Below are positions 1 to 8,070 of a stretch of 52,960 bases of DNA, one piece after another (position 1 is the first letter of the stretch; the number at the start of each line of letters is the position of its first letter). Both the position numbers and the translations under genes were made by a program. A model generated the notes under the pieces. The model saw only the letters and a program-made list of their open reading frames with translations. It was not told the DNA's origin and made no database searches. The DNA comes from Gemmatimonadales bacterium (GTDB lineage Bacteria > Gemmatimonadota > Gemmatimonadetes > Gemmatimonadales > GWC2-71-9): assembly GCA_030601605.1 (NCBI GenBank), contig JAUVTI010000001.1:1-52960 (forward strand), read 5' to 3'.

Positions 1-2
1 AC

Positions 3-536
3 GACCCCCTGGGACCCCACCTGCTCTCGGGGTGGGTCTCCAGCCCGGCCGGCTCCGACCTGCCGAACCTGGAACTCATGTGCGCCACGCTGATCGCCTT
101 CGCCCTCGGCAAGAGGTTCGTGACCGTGCCGCGGATGGGGCTGGTGGAATTCGGTGCAGACCGGAAAGCCAAGAACAGAAAGGGCGCGGCGCTGCTGTTC
201 GTCGTCGGGCTGCTGGGCGGCGCGCTCTACATCGTGGCGGTGACGAACATCGAGGTGCTCGGCTGGCGTCCGGGACGCGGGTCTCTCACCACCCTTGGGT
301 TGAGCCTGGTGATTCTCGTGATCTTCGGGGGCATCGCCTACTGGATGGACTTCCCCCGCATGATGCTGCTCGGGTTGGCGTTTGCGGCCGCGTTCGCCGG
401 CTCCCGCCTGCTGGACAGCCACATCACGTTCCTGATTGCGGGCGCCCTGGTGCTCGGCTGGGGACTGGTGCTGCTCGTCAGCTTCATAAGGCGGTATCCA
501 CTTCCGAGGAGGGCCGGCAGCCATGAACGCGAGTGA
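3..536 (+). CDS. polytopic membrane protein of unknown function, probably 5'-truncated by the window edge
   Basis: The frame is open from the window edge. The first ATG (78) lies inside a hydrophobic segment (LELMCATLIAFAL), followed by KRFVTVPRMGLVEF and four more hydrophobic helices. It overlaps the downstream wHTH gene by 14 nt. Confidence 0.5.
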   Translation, partial: DPLGPHLLSGWVSSPAGSDLPNLELMCATLIAFALGKRFVTVPRMGLVEFGADRKAKNRKGAALLFVVGLLGGALYIVAVTNIEVLGWRPGRGSLTTLGLSLVILVIFGGIAYWMDFPRMMLLGLAFAAAFAGSRLLDSHITFLIAGALVLGWGLVLLVSFIRRYPLPRRAGSHERE

Positions 537-828
537 TCCCACGCATCTCGACCGGCTGATCCACGAGCCGGGCCGGTTGATGATCATGGCGTACCTGTAT
601 GTCGTGGAGAAGGCGGACTTCGTCTTCCTGATGCGGCAGACCGGAATGACGCAGGGGAGCCTGTCCTCGCCCCTCAGCAAGCGGGAGGCAGCGGGTTACG
701 TCGAGATCGAGAAGAGCTTCAAGGGCAAGAGGCCCCTCACCATGCTGCGGCTCACCGATGCGGGCCGAACTGGGCTGCGCGAGTACCGAGAGTCCATGTC
801 TCGGGTGCTGGACGGAATCCCCGACTGA
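523..828 (+). CDS. winged-helix transcriptional regulator (HTH_34/ArsR-like)
   Basis: The 101-aa ORF carries LDRLIHEPGRLMIMAYL...DFVFLMRQTGMTQGSLSSPLSKREAAGYVEIEKSFKGKRPLTMLRLTDAGR, the pattern of small wHTH regulators paired with a membrane protein. Confidence 0.8.
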   Translation: MNASDPTHLDRLIHEPGRLMIMAYLYVVEKADFVFLMRQTGMTQGSLSSPLSKREAAGYVEIEKSFKGKRPLTMLRLTDAGRTGLREYRESMSRVLDGIPD

Positions 829-906
829 CTCGCGCCCGAGGCAGTGCACGCAACTAGATTTAGCGGCTGGACGTTTCGCAACGGACGGGAACATGGAGGT
901 GGAAGG

Positions 907-2157
907 ATGAAGGCGCACAAGACGACCACCGTAGCCCTGCTTGCGCTCTTCGCCGTGGGTTGTGCCGGCGGAGACGGCAGCTGGAGCGGTTCGATAAGTG
1001 ACAGCGCGGGCGTGGTAATGGTCTCGAACACCGATCAGGGCACCTGGAGCTCGTCCAGCCAGTGGACGCTCGATGAGGAGCTCCGGATCGGGACCGTGGA
1101 GGGCGACCAGAACCTGATGTTCGGGACGGTCGGGATGATCGCGGTGGACTCCGAGGGCAACCTGTATGTGATGGACTCCCAGGCGCAGCGGGTCCAGGTG
1201 TTCTCGGCCGACGGAGAGTACCTGCGCACCATCGGTGGCCCCGGTGGCGGGCCCGGCGAACTCGGGCGCGGCGTGGCATTCTGCCTGATGGCGGCCGGGG
1301 ACATCCTGACGATCCCGGACCTGGCGAACCAGCGCATCAATCGGTTCAGCACGGACGGCGAGGTGCTGCCCAGCTCCCCACTGTCCTTCGACAACGGGAT
1401 TCCGGCACTGTTCCGGGCCACCGACGATGGGAGAATCGTCTACCAGATTCGCCCGATGCCGATGCCCGGTCAGGCGACGCCGCCGGACTCGATGGACACG
1501 ATCCTGGTGCTCAACCCCGACGGGACCCCTGGGGATACGATCATGCGGTTCAAGTCGGGCGAGACGGTCACGATGCGGGGCGGGGCGCCGCGCATCACCA
1601 TCTATTCGCCCGAGCCGGCGTGGGACGTCACGAGCGACGAGAGGGTGCTGTTCGGCGTCAGCGACAGCTACCGGTTTGGCGTCTACTCGAACGGCGAGCC
1701 CGAACGGATCATTACCAAGCCCTTCGAACGGCAGCCCGTGACGGAGAACGATCAGCAGGCCGCGATCAGCTTCATAGAGCAGGCCGCCATCGCACAGGGC
1801 GCTCCGCCGCAGGCGCTACCGCAGCTCCGCAGCATCATATCGTTCGGCGAGTACATGCCTGCTTTCTCCGCTATCCTGTCAGGTCCCCAACAGACCATCT
1901 GGGTGCAGCACATTCAATCGGCAGGCGATCTTTCCGAGGAAGAGCTCGCCGACTTCGACATCACCCAGGATGCCGGTGCGCCGGAGTGGGACGTGTTCGA
2001 CGCCGACGGGCGTTACCTCGGCGTGGTCACGATGCCGCCGCGCTTCACTCCACGCGGGTTCCATGGCGACAGGATGTACGGCGTGTGGCGCGACGAGCTC
2101 GACGTGCAGTACGTCACGCGGATGCGGATAGTCGGGATTCCGGGTATGGAAGGCTAG
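907..2157 (+). CDS. NHL-repeat / 6-bladed beta-propeller lipoprotein
   Basis: ATG at 907 is preceded by GGAGGTGGAAGG. The signal peptide has a lipobox (LLALFAVGC). Repeated G-GPGE(L/F)-type NHL motifs are present (GGPGGGPGELGRG). The upstream part of the 844 ORF lacks signal-peptide logic. Confidence 0.75.
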   Translation: MKAHKTTTVALLALFAVGCAGGDGSWSGSISDSAGVVMVSNTDQGTWSSSSQWTLDEELRIGTVEGDQNLMFGTVGMIAVDSEGNLYVMDSQAQRVQVFSADGEYLRTIGGPGGGPGELGRGVAFCLMAAGDILTIPDLANQRINRFSTDGEVLPSSPLSFDNGIPALFRATDDGRIVYQIRPMPMPGQATPPDSMDTILVLNPDGTPGDTIMRFKSGETVTMRGGAPRITIYSPEPAWDVTSDERVLFGVSDSYRFGVYSNGEPERIITKPFERQPVTENDQQAAISFIEQAAIAQGAPPQALPQLRSIISFGEYMPAFSAILSGPQQTIWVQHIQSAGDLSEEELADFDITQDAGAPEWDVFDADGRYLGVVTMPPRFTPRGFHGDRMYGVWRDELDVQYVTRMRIVGIPGMEG

Positions 2158-2741
2158 GAGCCCTCGCGCTCCAGCAGCTCCCGGTACGCCTCCGGCGTGT
2201 CGATGTCCTCGACCACAGCCGGATCCTCCACCGGGACCAATGAGACACGCGAGGGGTCCGCGCGCACCACGGCGCGGGCCCCTTCGCCTTCGGGGGCCTG
2301 AATCAGCTCCTCGAACACGGCCCGGGCAAAGATCACCGGGTGGCCGCGCCGGCCCTGAAAGCCGGGCACCACGATCGGCGCCCCCTCCTCGAAGCGCTCG
2401 AGCAGCCGCCGCACGGTTTCCGGGCGAACGAGCGGCCGGTCCACGTGCCACACCAGAATGCCCTCCGCGGCCGGATCGAGGCCACCGATCCCCAGCCGGA
2501 TCGAGCCGATTGGACCGCTCTCTGGAGTGGGGTTCAGGACCTTCCTTGCGCCACCCAAGACATTGTCAGACACCATCTTGTCGATATCCGGGCCCGCAAC
2601 GACTATGACCTCCGCGAGGGGCAGGGAACGGCATGACTCCAGAATGACTTCTAGGAAGGTGGAGCCCCGAAACGGTAGCAGGGCCTTGGCGCGCCCCATC
2701 CGCTCGGAGGCCCCGCCAGCCAAAACAATGGCCGTAATCAC
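2154..2741 (-). CDS. MobA-like NTP transferase (molybdenum cofactor cytidylyl/guanylyltransferase family)
   Basis: ITAIVLAGGASERMGRAKALLPF is the N-terminal signature of this family. I prefer the GTG at 2741; the TTG at 2792 would share a nucleotide with the def start. The start remains uncertain. Confidence 0.7.
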   Translation of the reverse strand: MITAIVLAGGASERMGRAKALLPFRGSTFLEVILESCRSLPLAEVIVVAGPDIDKMVSDNVLGGARKVLNPTPESGPIGSIRLGIGGLDPAAEGILVWHVDRPLVRPETVRRLLERFEEGAPIVVPGFQGRRGHPVIFARAVFEELIQAPEGEGARAVVRADPSRVSLVPVEDPAVVEDIDTPEAYRELLEREGS

Positions 2742-2791
2742 CGGAAATCCATAGATTGGGGGCCCCCGCGACCCCTGGTGGAAGGTAGACA

Positions 2792-3352
2792 ATGGCGATT
2801 CGTCCGGTTCGCCTGCTGGGCGACCCGATACTGCGAGCGAGATGCGAGCTGGTCAATAACGTCCGGTCCCCGGCGGTGCGCGTCGTGGCCGACGATCTCC
2901 AGGATACGCTGCGCCACCTCAAGGAACAGCACGGCTGGGGGCGTGGTCTCTCCGCTCCACAGATCGGCGCACCGATGAGGATCGTCTACGTCGAGACCGA
3001 CGAGCCCCGCATCATGATCAACCCCGAGATTCAGGACATCGGCACCTACGACTTCCTGGTTTGGGACGACTGCTTCTCGGTGCCCGATCTCCTGGTGCAG
3101 GTACAGCGTGCTTACCACATCCAGGTGACCTATACCGATCTCGCGGGTAAGTCCCAGACCATCCAGGCCGAGGGAGAGCTCGCCGAACTCTTGCAACACG
3201 AGATCGACCACCTGGACGGCGTGCTCAACGTGGATCGCCCCGTGGGTCTCGATCCATTCTGCTTCCGCGAGGAGAGGAAGAAGAACTACGCGGACCAGGG
3301 AAGGTGCAGTGAGCCTACGCCACGGACGCTGACCGGGGTGGCGGTCACGTAG
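2792..3352 (+). CDS. def: peptide deformylase
   Basis: The GLSAPQIG, CFSVPD (EGCLS-like) and HEIDHLDG metal-binding motifs occur in canonical order in a 186-aa protein. Confidence 0.9.
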   Translation: MAIRPVRLLGDPILRARCELVNNVRSPAVRVVADDLQDTLRHLKEQHGWGRGLSAPQIGAPMRIVYVETDEPRIMINPEIQDIGTYDFLVWDDCFSVPDLLVQVQRAYHIQVTYTDLAGKSQTIQAEGELAELLQHEIDHLDGVLNVDRPVGLDPFCFREERKKNYADQGRCSEPTPRTLTGVAVT

Positions 3353-4564
3353 CTAGGGCAGGGCCTCCAGGAATTCCCCTATCACCCTGCTGGTGGCGAT
3401 CGGCTGCTCCATCGGCGTCAGGTGTCCCGCCTCGGCGATCACCGTGAACTGGGCACCAGGTATCTGATCGGCCATCGCGCGTGACAGCTCCACCGGGATC
3501 ATCCGGTCCTCCCGCCCCGCAATCACCAGTGTCGGCACATCGATGTCCGCGAGCAGCGGCGTGGAGTCCGCGCGCTCCTTCATTGCGGTGATCGCACCGA
3601 TGACCCCTGCATCCGGGTTGTTGGCGATCATCGTGCGCACGTGCTCGACCACCTGCGGCATGGCAGAGAGTGAGCTGGGGCAGAGCAGCTTGGGGAGCAA
3701 CACCTCGGCGAGCCCTTCGGATCCCTCGCGCTCGACGAGCTTGATCATCTCGTCGCGGTCCGCCCTGGCCTGGGGGCTGTCCGCTTCGGCACGAGCGTTG
3801 GCGAGAATGAGTCCGCGGACCTTCCCGCGATGGCTGCGCATCATCTCGAGCGCTATGTAGCCGCCCATCGAGAGGCCGCATATCACCGCCTTTTCGACCT
3901 CCAGCACACGCAGCAATTCCGCCAACTCGTCCGCGTACGACTTCATATCGTAGCCGGACTCGGGCACGTCACTCAGGCCCATGCCCCGCAGATCCACCGC
4001 GATGCGTCTCCACCCCGTGAGCGGCCCCATGAGGTGGCGCCACATGGTGCGGTCGAGAGGGAAGCCGTGGAGGAAGACGATCGCCGGACCGTCACCCTGA
4101 ATGTCCACGGCGGTGGCCACGCCGCGCACGAGCAGGTGCTGAACCGGTCCCGCGCGCACCGACGGCCTGGTCCCGAAGAACTCTCGAACCTCCGCCGGCA
4201 CGGGGACGGGCTTCCCACTCTCCCCGATGCAGACGAACACGAAATCCGCCTCGGCGATCAGTACACCGTCCGCCTCGCGCCGAGCGGCTTGATGCAGCGA
4301 GAAGCTGGTGCGGCCAAGATGTGTCAGGGTGGTGTCGAACTTGAGCAAATCGCCGGGGAGCGCCTCGGCGAGGTACTCCACCGTCGACTTGCGAACCGCG
4401 GGCCACGCCCGGCTCTCGACGAACGCGTCCAGCCCCGGCCCCTGTGTGAACGCCTCCCACCGGGCGCGCTCGAACATGCTCAGGAACGCCGCTTGGTTGA
4501 CGTGCCCGAACGAGTCGCAGTCGTTCGGGTAGACGCGGATTTCGACGGATGGGACGGGGTTCAC
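3353..4564 (-). CDS. fusion protein: 4HBT/YbgC-like acyl-CoA thioesterase (N-terminal) plus alpha/beta hydrolase (C-terminal)
   Basis: The N-terminal half has VYPNDCDSFGHVNQAAFLSMFERARWEAF (hotdog thioesterase). The C-terminal half has VFLHGFPLD...GLSMGGYIA (nucleophile elbow GxSxG). The GTG at 4564 sits just before the conserved thioesterase core. The first ~95 aa of the 4849 ORF look non-coding (Cys/Trp/Ser-rich, lower GC). Confidence 0.75.
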   Translation of the reverse strand: MNPVPSVEIRVYPNDCDSFGHVNQAAFLSMFERARWEAFTQGPGLDAFVESRAWPAVRKSTVEYLAEALPGDLLKFDTTLTHLGRTSFSLHQAARREADGVLIAEADFVFVCIGESGKPVPVPAEVREFFGTRPSVRAGPVQHLLVRGVATAVDIQGDGPAIVFLHGFPLDRTMWRHLMGPLTGWRRIAVDLRGMGLSDVPESGYDMKSYADELAELLRVLEVEKAVICGLSMGGYIALEMMRSHRGKVRGLILANARAEADSPQARADRDEMIKLVEREGSEGLAEVLLPKLLCPSSLSAMPQVVEHVRTMIANNPDAGVIGAITAMKERADSTPLLADIDVPTLVIAGREDRMIPVELSRAMADQIPGAQFTVIAEAGHLTPMEQPIATSRVIGEFLEALP

Positions 4565-4883
4565 GCGAGCCAATCCTGGTCGATGGCTCGGTAAACTTAG
4601 CTGTTTGCCCAGGTCCGACAACCGCTCGCGGCCTTCCCGACCATCCTGCCCAGAAGAGGGAGTGTAGCGGCAGTATACCGACACTATCGTAATAGCGGCC
4701 TTGTGTTCGCTCTTGTAACTCGCAGTGTGGCAACACAGTACAGTTTTTCCACACCGTCTAGACACTGTGTCGATAAGCTGCCGCCACCGGCGAGACCACC
4801 CCCCCCAGCCGGAGCTGGAGAGCCCCACGACGCCAGGAGGGCTGTTCAAGAGCGCACCTTCCTTGCGATGTTACGTCCCAACG

Positions 4884-6038
4884 ATGCCGGCGAAGAAAGC
4901 CCCTACACCCCATCTCATCACCGACCCGGGTGAACTCCGGTCGCTGTGCCAGCGACTCGGCGAGGAGAGCCGCATCGCGTTCGACACCGAGGCCGCATCG
5001 TTTCATCGCTACGTGGACCGGGTCTACCTGGTGCAGGTGAGCACCGACCACGAAACGGCGCTGGTGGACCCGCTGGAGATCGCAGACCTCGCTCCGCTGG
5101 GGAAGCTGCTGTCCAACCCGCAAATACAGATCGTCTTTCACGACGCCGACTACGACCTTCGCATCCTGGACAGGGACTACGGCTTCCGCGCACGCAACAT
5201 CTTCGATACCCGGGTTGCGGCGCAGTTGGCGGGAGAGCCTTCGGTGGGGCTGGGCTCGTTACTGGAGAAGTTCTTCCAGGTGCGGGTCGACAAGAAGTAC
5301 CAGCGCGCCGACTGGTCGCGTCGCCCGCTCACGCCGGGGATGATCGCCTACGCCGCCGACGACACGCGCTACCTCCCCGCCCTGCGCGACACGCTGGAGA
5401 AGCGGCTCATGTCACTCGGGCGGCTCGAATGGGCGTTGGAGGAGTTCCGGCGGCTCGAACAGATTCGCTGGACTCAGGCGGGGGCCGACTTGGAGGACGC
5501 TTACCTGCGCGTGAAGGGCGCCAGGGCACTGGGGCGCAGGCAGCTCGCAGTGCTGCGCGAGTTGAATGCCTGGCGGGACGCCACGGCGAGCAAGCTGGAC
5601 CGTGCCCGCTTCCGCGTCGTGGGCAACTCGGCCCTGTTGGCGGTGGCCAAGGCCTCACCTCGCGGCCTTCGCCAACTGGCAAAGGTGGACGGACTGTCGG
5701 AGAGTCTCGCGCGGCGCTACGGCAAGGAGTTGGTCGCCGCTGTCGAGCGGGGGCGCGCGGTTCCCGACAGCGAGCTTCCGATAGTGCGGCGCTCCAAGCG
5801 ACCCGAGCCGGACCCGGGCTACGACCAGCGGCTCGAGCGGCTCAAGCAACTCAGGAACCAGCGGGCCGAGGCGGTCGGACTCGACCCCGGACTCGTATGC
5901 CCGAACGGGACATTGCAGGCGGTAGCGCGGGCGGAGCCGGAGTCCAAGTCGGAGTTGGGCCGCGTCGAAGACCTGCGGCACTGGCAGAAGGAGGTGATCG
6001 GCGACCAGGCCATCCTGGCCGCCGTCAAAGGCGAGTAG
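4884..6038 (+). CDS. rnd: ribonuclease D (DEDDy 3'-5' exonuclease plus HRDC)
   Basis: IAFDTEAASFHRYVDRVYLVQV, HDADYDLRIL and YAADDTRYL are the exonuclease motifs, followed by an HRDC-like LAVLRELNAWRDATASKLD. ATG at 4884 (MPAKKAPT...). Confidence 0.85.
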   Translation: MPAKKAPTPHLITDPGELRSLCQRLGEESRIAFDTEAASFHRYVDRVYLVQVSTDHETALVDPLEIADLAPLGKLLSNPQIQIVFHDADYDLRILDRDYGFRARNIFDTRVAAQLAGEPSVGLGSLLEKFFQVRVDKKYQRADWSRRPLTPGMIAYAADDTRYLPALRDTLEKRLMSLGRLEWALEEFRRLEQIRWTQAGADLEDAYLRVKGARALGRRQLAVLRELNAWRDATASKLDRARFRVVGNSALLAVAKASPRGLRQLAKVDGLSESLARRYGKELVAAVERGRAVPDSELPIVRRSKRPEPDPGYDQRLERLKQLRNQRAEAVGLDPGLVCPNGTLQAVARAEPESKSELGRVEDLRHWQKEVIGDQAILAAVKGE

Positions 6039-6040
6039 GG

Positions 6041-6361
6041 CTACATCCCCAGGTAGGCCCGCACCTTGGGATTGATGCGCTCAGGCGTCCAGTAGGGCTC
6101 CCACACCAGCTCGATGCGAACGTCCTTCACCCCCGCGAGCCCGCGAACCGTCTCGTCGGCTTCCTGCATGATCTGCGGGCCAACCGGACATCCGGGCGAC
6201 GTGAGAGTCATCTTCACATCGACCTTTCCTGCGTCGATCTCCACATCGTACACGAGCCCGAGATCGATGATGCTTATTCCGACCTCCGGATCCTTCACGA
6301 CCTTGAGCGCATCGCGAACTGCCTGCTCGTCGAGTCGGGTGGGTTCGTTCTGCTCGGACAT
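6041..6361 (-). CDS. DUF59 / SufT-like iron-sulfur cluster assembly protein
   Basis: The 106-aa ORF has VKDPEVGISIIDLGLVY...MTLTSPGCPVGP...VWEPYWTPERI, the classic MIP18/DUF59 pattern. GGAG lies 10 nt upstream of the ATG. Confidence 0.85.
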   Translation of the reverse strand: MSEQNEPTRLDEQAVRDALKVVKDPEVGISIIDLGLVYDVEIDAGKVDVKMTLTSPGCPVGPQIMQEADETVRGLAGVKDVRIELVWEPYWTPERINPKVRAYLGM

Positions 6362-6398
6362 ATTGTGCTCCGTTCCAAGTTCGGCGGATCGTAGTACC

Positions 6399-6447
6399 GT
6401 TCCCCGCTTCCCGCTTCCCGTTTCCCGTTCCCCGTTCCCCGTTCCCC
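6399..6447. repeat. seven tandem heptamers GTTCCCC/GCTTCCC/GTTTCCC (GGGRAAC on the minus strand)
   Basis: Read directly from the sequence: GTTCCCC GCTTCCC GCTTCCC GTTTCCC GTTCCCC GTTCCCC GTTCCCC, located 38-86 nt upstream of the DUF59 start codon. Confidence 0.9.
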
Positions 6448-6489
6448 AAGAATACTACGCGCAACCCTGCCCCCCCACCAAACAGCATC

Positions 6490-6846
6490 TCACCCCCGAG
6501 GACCCCACCTCCGGGCCACCCACCCGTACAGGCGCTCCGCCAGCGGCATTACGCCCGGCACAGCGGCGACGCCCAACACCAACGACCCACCCCGTAGGTA
6601 GCGCGCCGCTTCACGCACGGCGGCAGCGCCTGCGAACACTTCCCCGTCGGGTCGGACGAAATGCGCAGCCATTCGCAGCTGCTCGATGTCCCGACCAGAG
6701 AGCTCGCCCGCCGCGGAATCCTGCAGCCGGACCAACCGGATCACACCACTTCCATCCAGCCGTTTCAGCCTGGCGACCCAGCGGCGGCAGAACTCGCAGT
6801 CCCCGTCGTAGATGAGGACTGGACTCTTCGGCGGTGCTGTCAGCAC
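6490..6846 (-). CDS. thiol-disulfide oxidoreductase DCC family (DUF393)
   Basis: VLIYDGDCEFCRRWV is the DCC motif. The GTG at 6846 gives a family-typical ~118 aa and a 7-nt overlap with the upstream gene stop. The longer ORF to 7113 would lie inside the serine hydrolase gene. Confidence 0.75.
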   Translation of the reverse strand: MLTAPPKSPVLIYDGDCEFCRRWVARLKRLDGSGVIRLVRLQDSAAGELSGRDIEQLRMAAHFVRPDGEVFAGAAAVREAARYLRGGSLVLGVAAVPGVMPLAERLYGWVARRWGPRG

Positions 6847-8018
6847 TGCGTGGCTGCCGTAGAGTCGGCCAGAGCACACATCTCGGCACGCAGCGCCACG
6901 GCGGCATCCGCCACATGCCCGCGCACCCGCTTCAGCCTCGTAATCGAGCTGCGCGTACGGGGCGCAAAGACCCGATTCGTGAGCAGGATGACGAACAGGT
7001 CGCGTTCGGGGTCGATCCAGATCGAGGAGCCGGTGTACCCGCCGTGCCCGTAAGAGGCATTCGACAGCAGGGCTCCTGTATTGCCCGTGCTCGTCGAGTC
7101 GCGCATCTCCCACCCCAGGGCCCGGTTGCCCCGCCCGCGGCGCGTGAAGTGCCGCACGATAGCGGGCTCAAACACCTGACCCCCGTCTCCTCCGCGGCCG
7201 GCCTCGAGGTACACTTGCGCATACCGTGCGAGATCGTCGCCGGTGCTGTACAGGCCGGCGTGACCCGACACGCCGCCGAGCCGCACGGCATTCTGATCGT
7301 GTAGCTGCCCCGCGATCACGTGGCCCCGCCACAGCCCCACGGGCGCGATCTGTCCGTACAGAGCGCGCGGCGGCCGGTACATTGTCTCGCCCATGCCGGC
7401 CCGGGTATAGAGCCGCCCGGCAACGAACCGATCGAGTGAGTCGCCGGCCACTGCCTCGACCACCCAGCCGAGGAGCATCGCGTTGAGATCGCTGTAGACG
7501 ACCCGGTCGCCCGGCCTCCAACGCAGCGGCTCTTCCAGCACGAGTTGCCGCGCCTCCTCTGCGGTCGAGGCGTCTTCGTTGAGCGGTAGAAAGGCGCGCA
7601 GGCCGGAGCGGTGCTCCAGCAGGTGCCGCACCGTGACGCGCTCCTTCCCCTCACCCTGGAACCGCGGGAGGTACTCCTGCACGGCGCGGTCCAGATCCAA
7701 TCGGCCGTCCTGCACGAGGAGCATCGCCGCCGGAGTCGTGGCCACCACCTTGGTGAGGGACGCGAGGTCCCACAGTGTGCTGTCGGGATCGGGTACGCGC
7801 GAGTCGGCCGACCACGTGAAGTGGCCGTACCCCTTTGCATACAGCACGCGATGCCCGGTCCCGACCATGACGACCGCTCCCGGGTAGACTCCACCGCTGA
7901 TGCCCTCCTCGACAGCGCGGTCGATCTGCGAGGTGGCGCCCGCCTGAAGGATCAGGCCGAAGGCGAGCAGAAGGACGGTGGTCAACGCGGGCGCGCTCCT
8001 ACCATGGAGGGTCATCAA
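6840..8018 (-). CDS. beta-lactamase-family serine hydrolase (class C / esterase-like)
   Basis: An N-terminal signal sequence is followed by the SxxK motif in LASLTKVV. Size (392 aa) and layout fit PF00144-type proteins. Confidence 0.85.
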   Translation of the reverse strand: MMTLHGRSAPALTTVLLLAFGLILQAGATSQIDRAVEEGISGGVYPGAVVMVGTGHRVLYAKGYGHFTWSADSRVPDPDSTLWDLASLTKVVATTPAAMLLVQDGRLDLDRAVQEYLPRFQGEGKERVTVRHLLEHRSGLRAFLPLNEDASTAEEARQLVLEEPLRWRPGDRVVYSDLNAMLLGWVVEAVAGDSLDRFVAGRLYTRAGMGETMYRPPRALYGQIAPVGLWRGHVIAGQLHDQNAVRLGGVSGHAGLYSTGDDLARYAQVYLEAGRGGDGGQVFEPAIVRHFTRRGRGNRALGWEMRDSTSTGNTGALLSNASYGHGGYTGSSIWIDPERDLFVILLTNRVFAPRTRSSITRLKRVRGHVADAAVALRAEMCALADSTAATQC

Positions 8019-8070
8019 GCATCATATCTTATAGCGAACAATCAGTTCCACCAACGACCGCTCGGATTCC

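Noticed and set aside
2154-2157. CTAG, where the stop codons of the convergent NHL-propeller (TAG) and MobA-like (TAG) genes overlap.
   Set aside because: It is a neat palindromic stop overlap but a trivial consequence of tight convergent packing, with no further structure around it.
4565-4849. The N-terminal 95 aa of the 3353-4849 ORF.
   Set aside because: The composition (Cys/Trp/Ser-rich, lower GC) is unlike the rest of the protein. The thioesterase core begins right after the GTG at 4564. The interval behaves like a divergent promoter region shared with rnd.
4946-6394. A 482-aa ORF on the plus strand spanning rnd and the DUF59 gene. Similar long ORFs occur at 7611-9011, 10350-11561, 16424-18208, 18638-20206, 27540-29324 and 42865-44292.
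   Set aside because: These are alternative-frame or antisense shadow ORFs typical of high-GC DNA. They are Arg/Pro/Gly/Ala-rich and low in complexity, have no recognisable motifs, and each lies entirely over a gene with strong family signatures (rnd, serine hydrolase/M28, MMPL, Slt, GWxTD, dnaN/dnaA, mutS).
6399-6447. Heptamer arrays (here and at 48432-48492) as a possible CRISPR array or mobile-element terminal repeats.
   Set aside because: The units are only 7 nt and directly abutting with no spacers. No cas genes, transposase or target-site duplication are present. They are treated as short tandem or inverted repeats instead.
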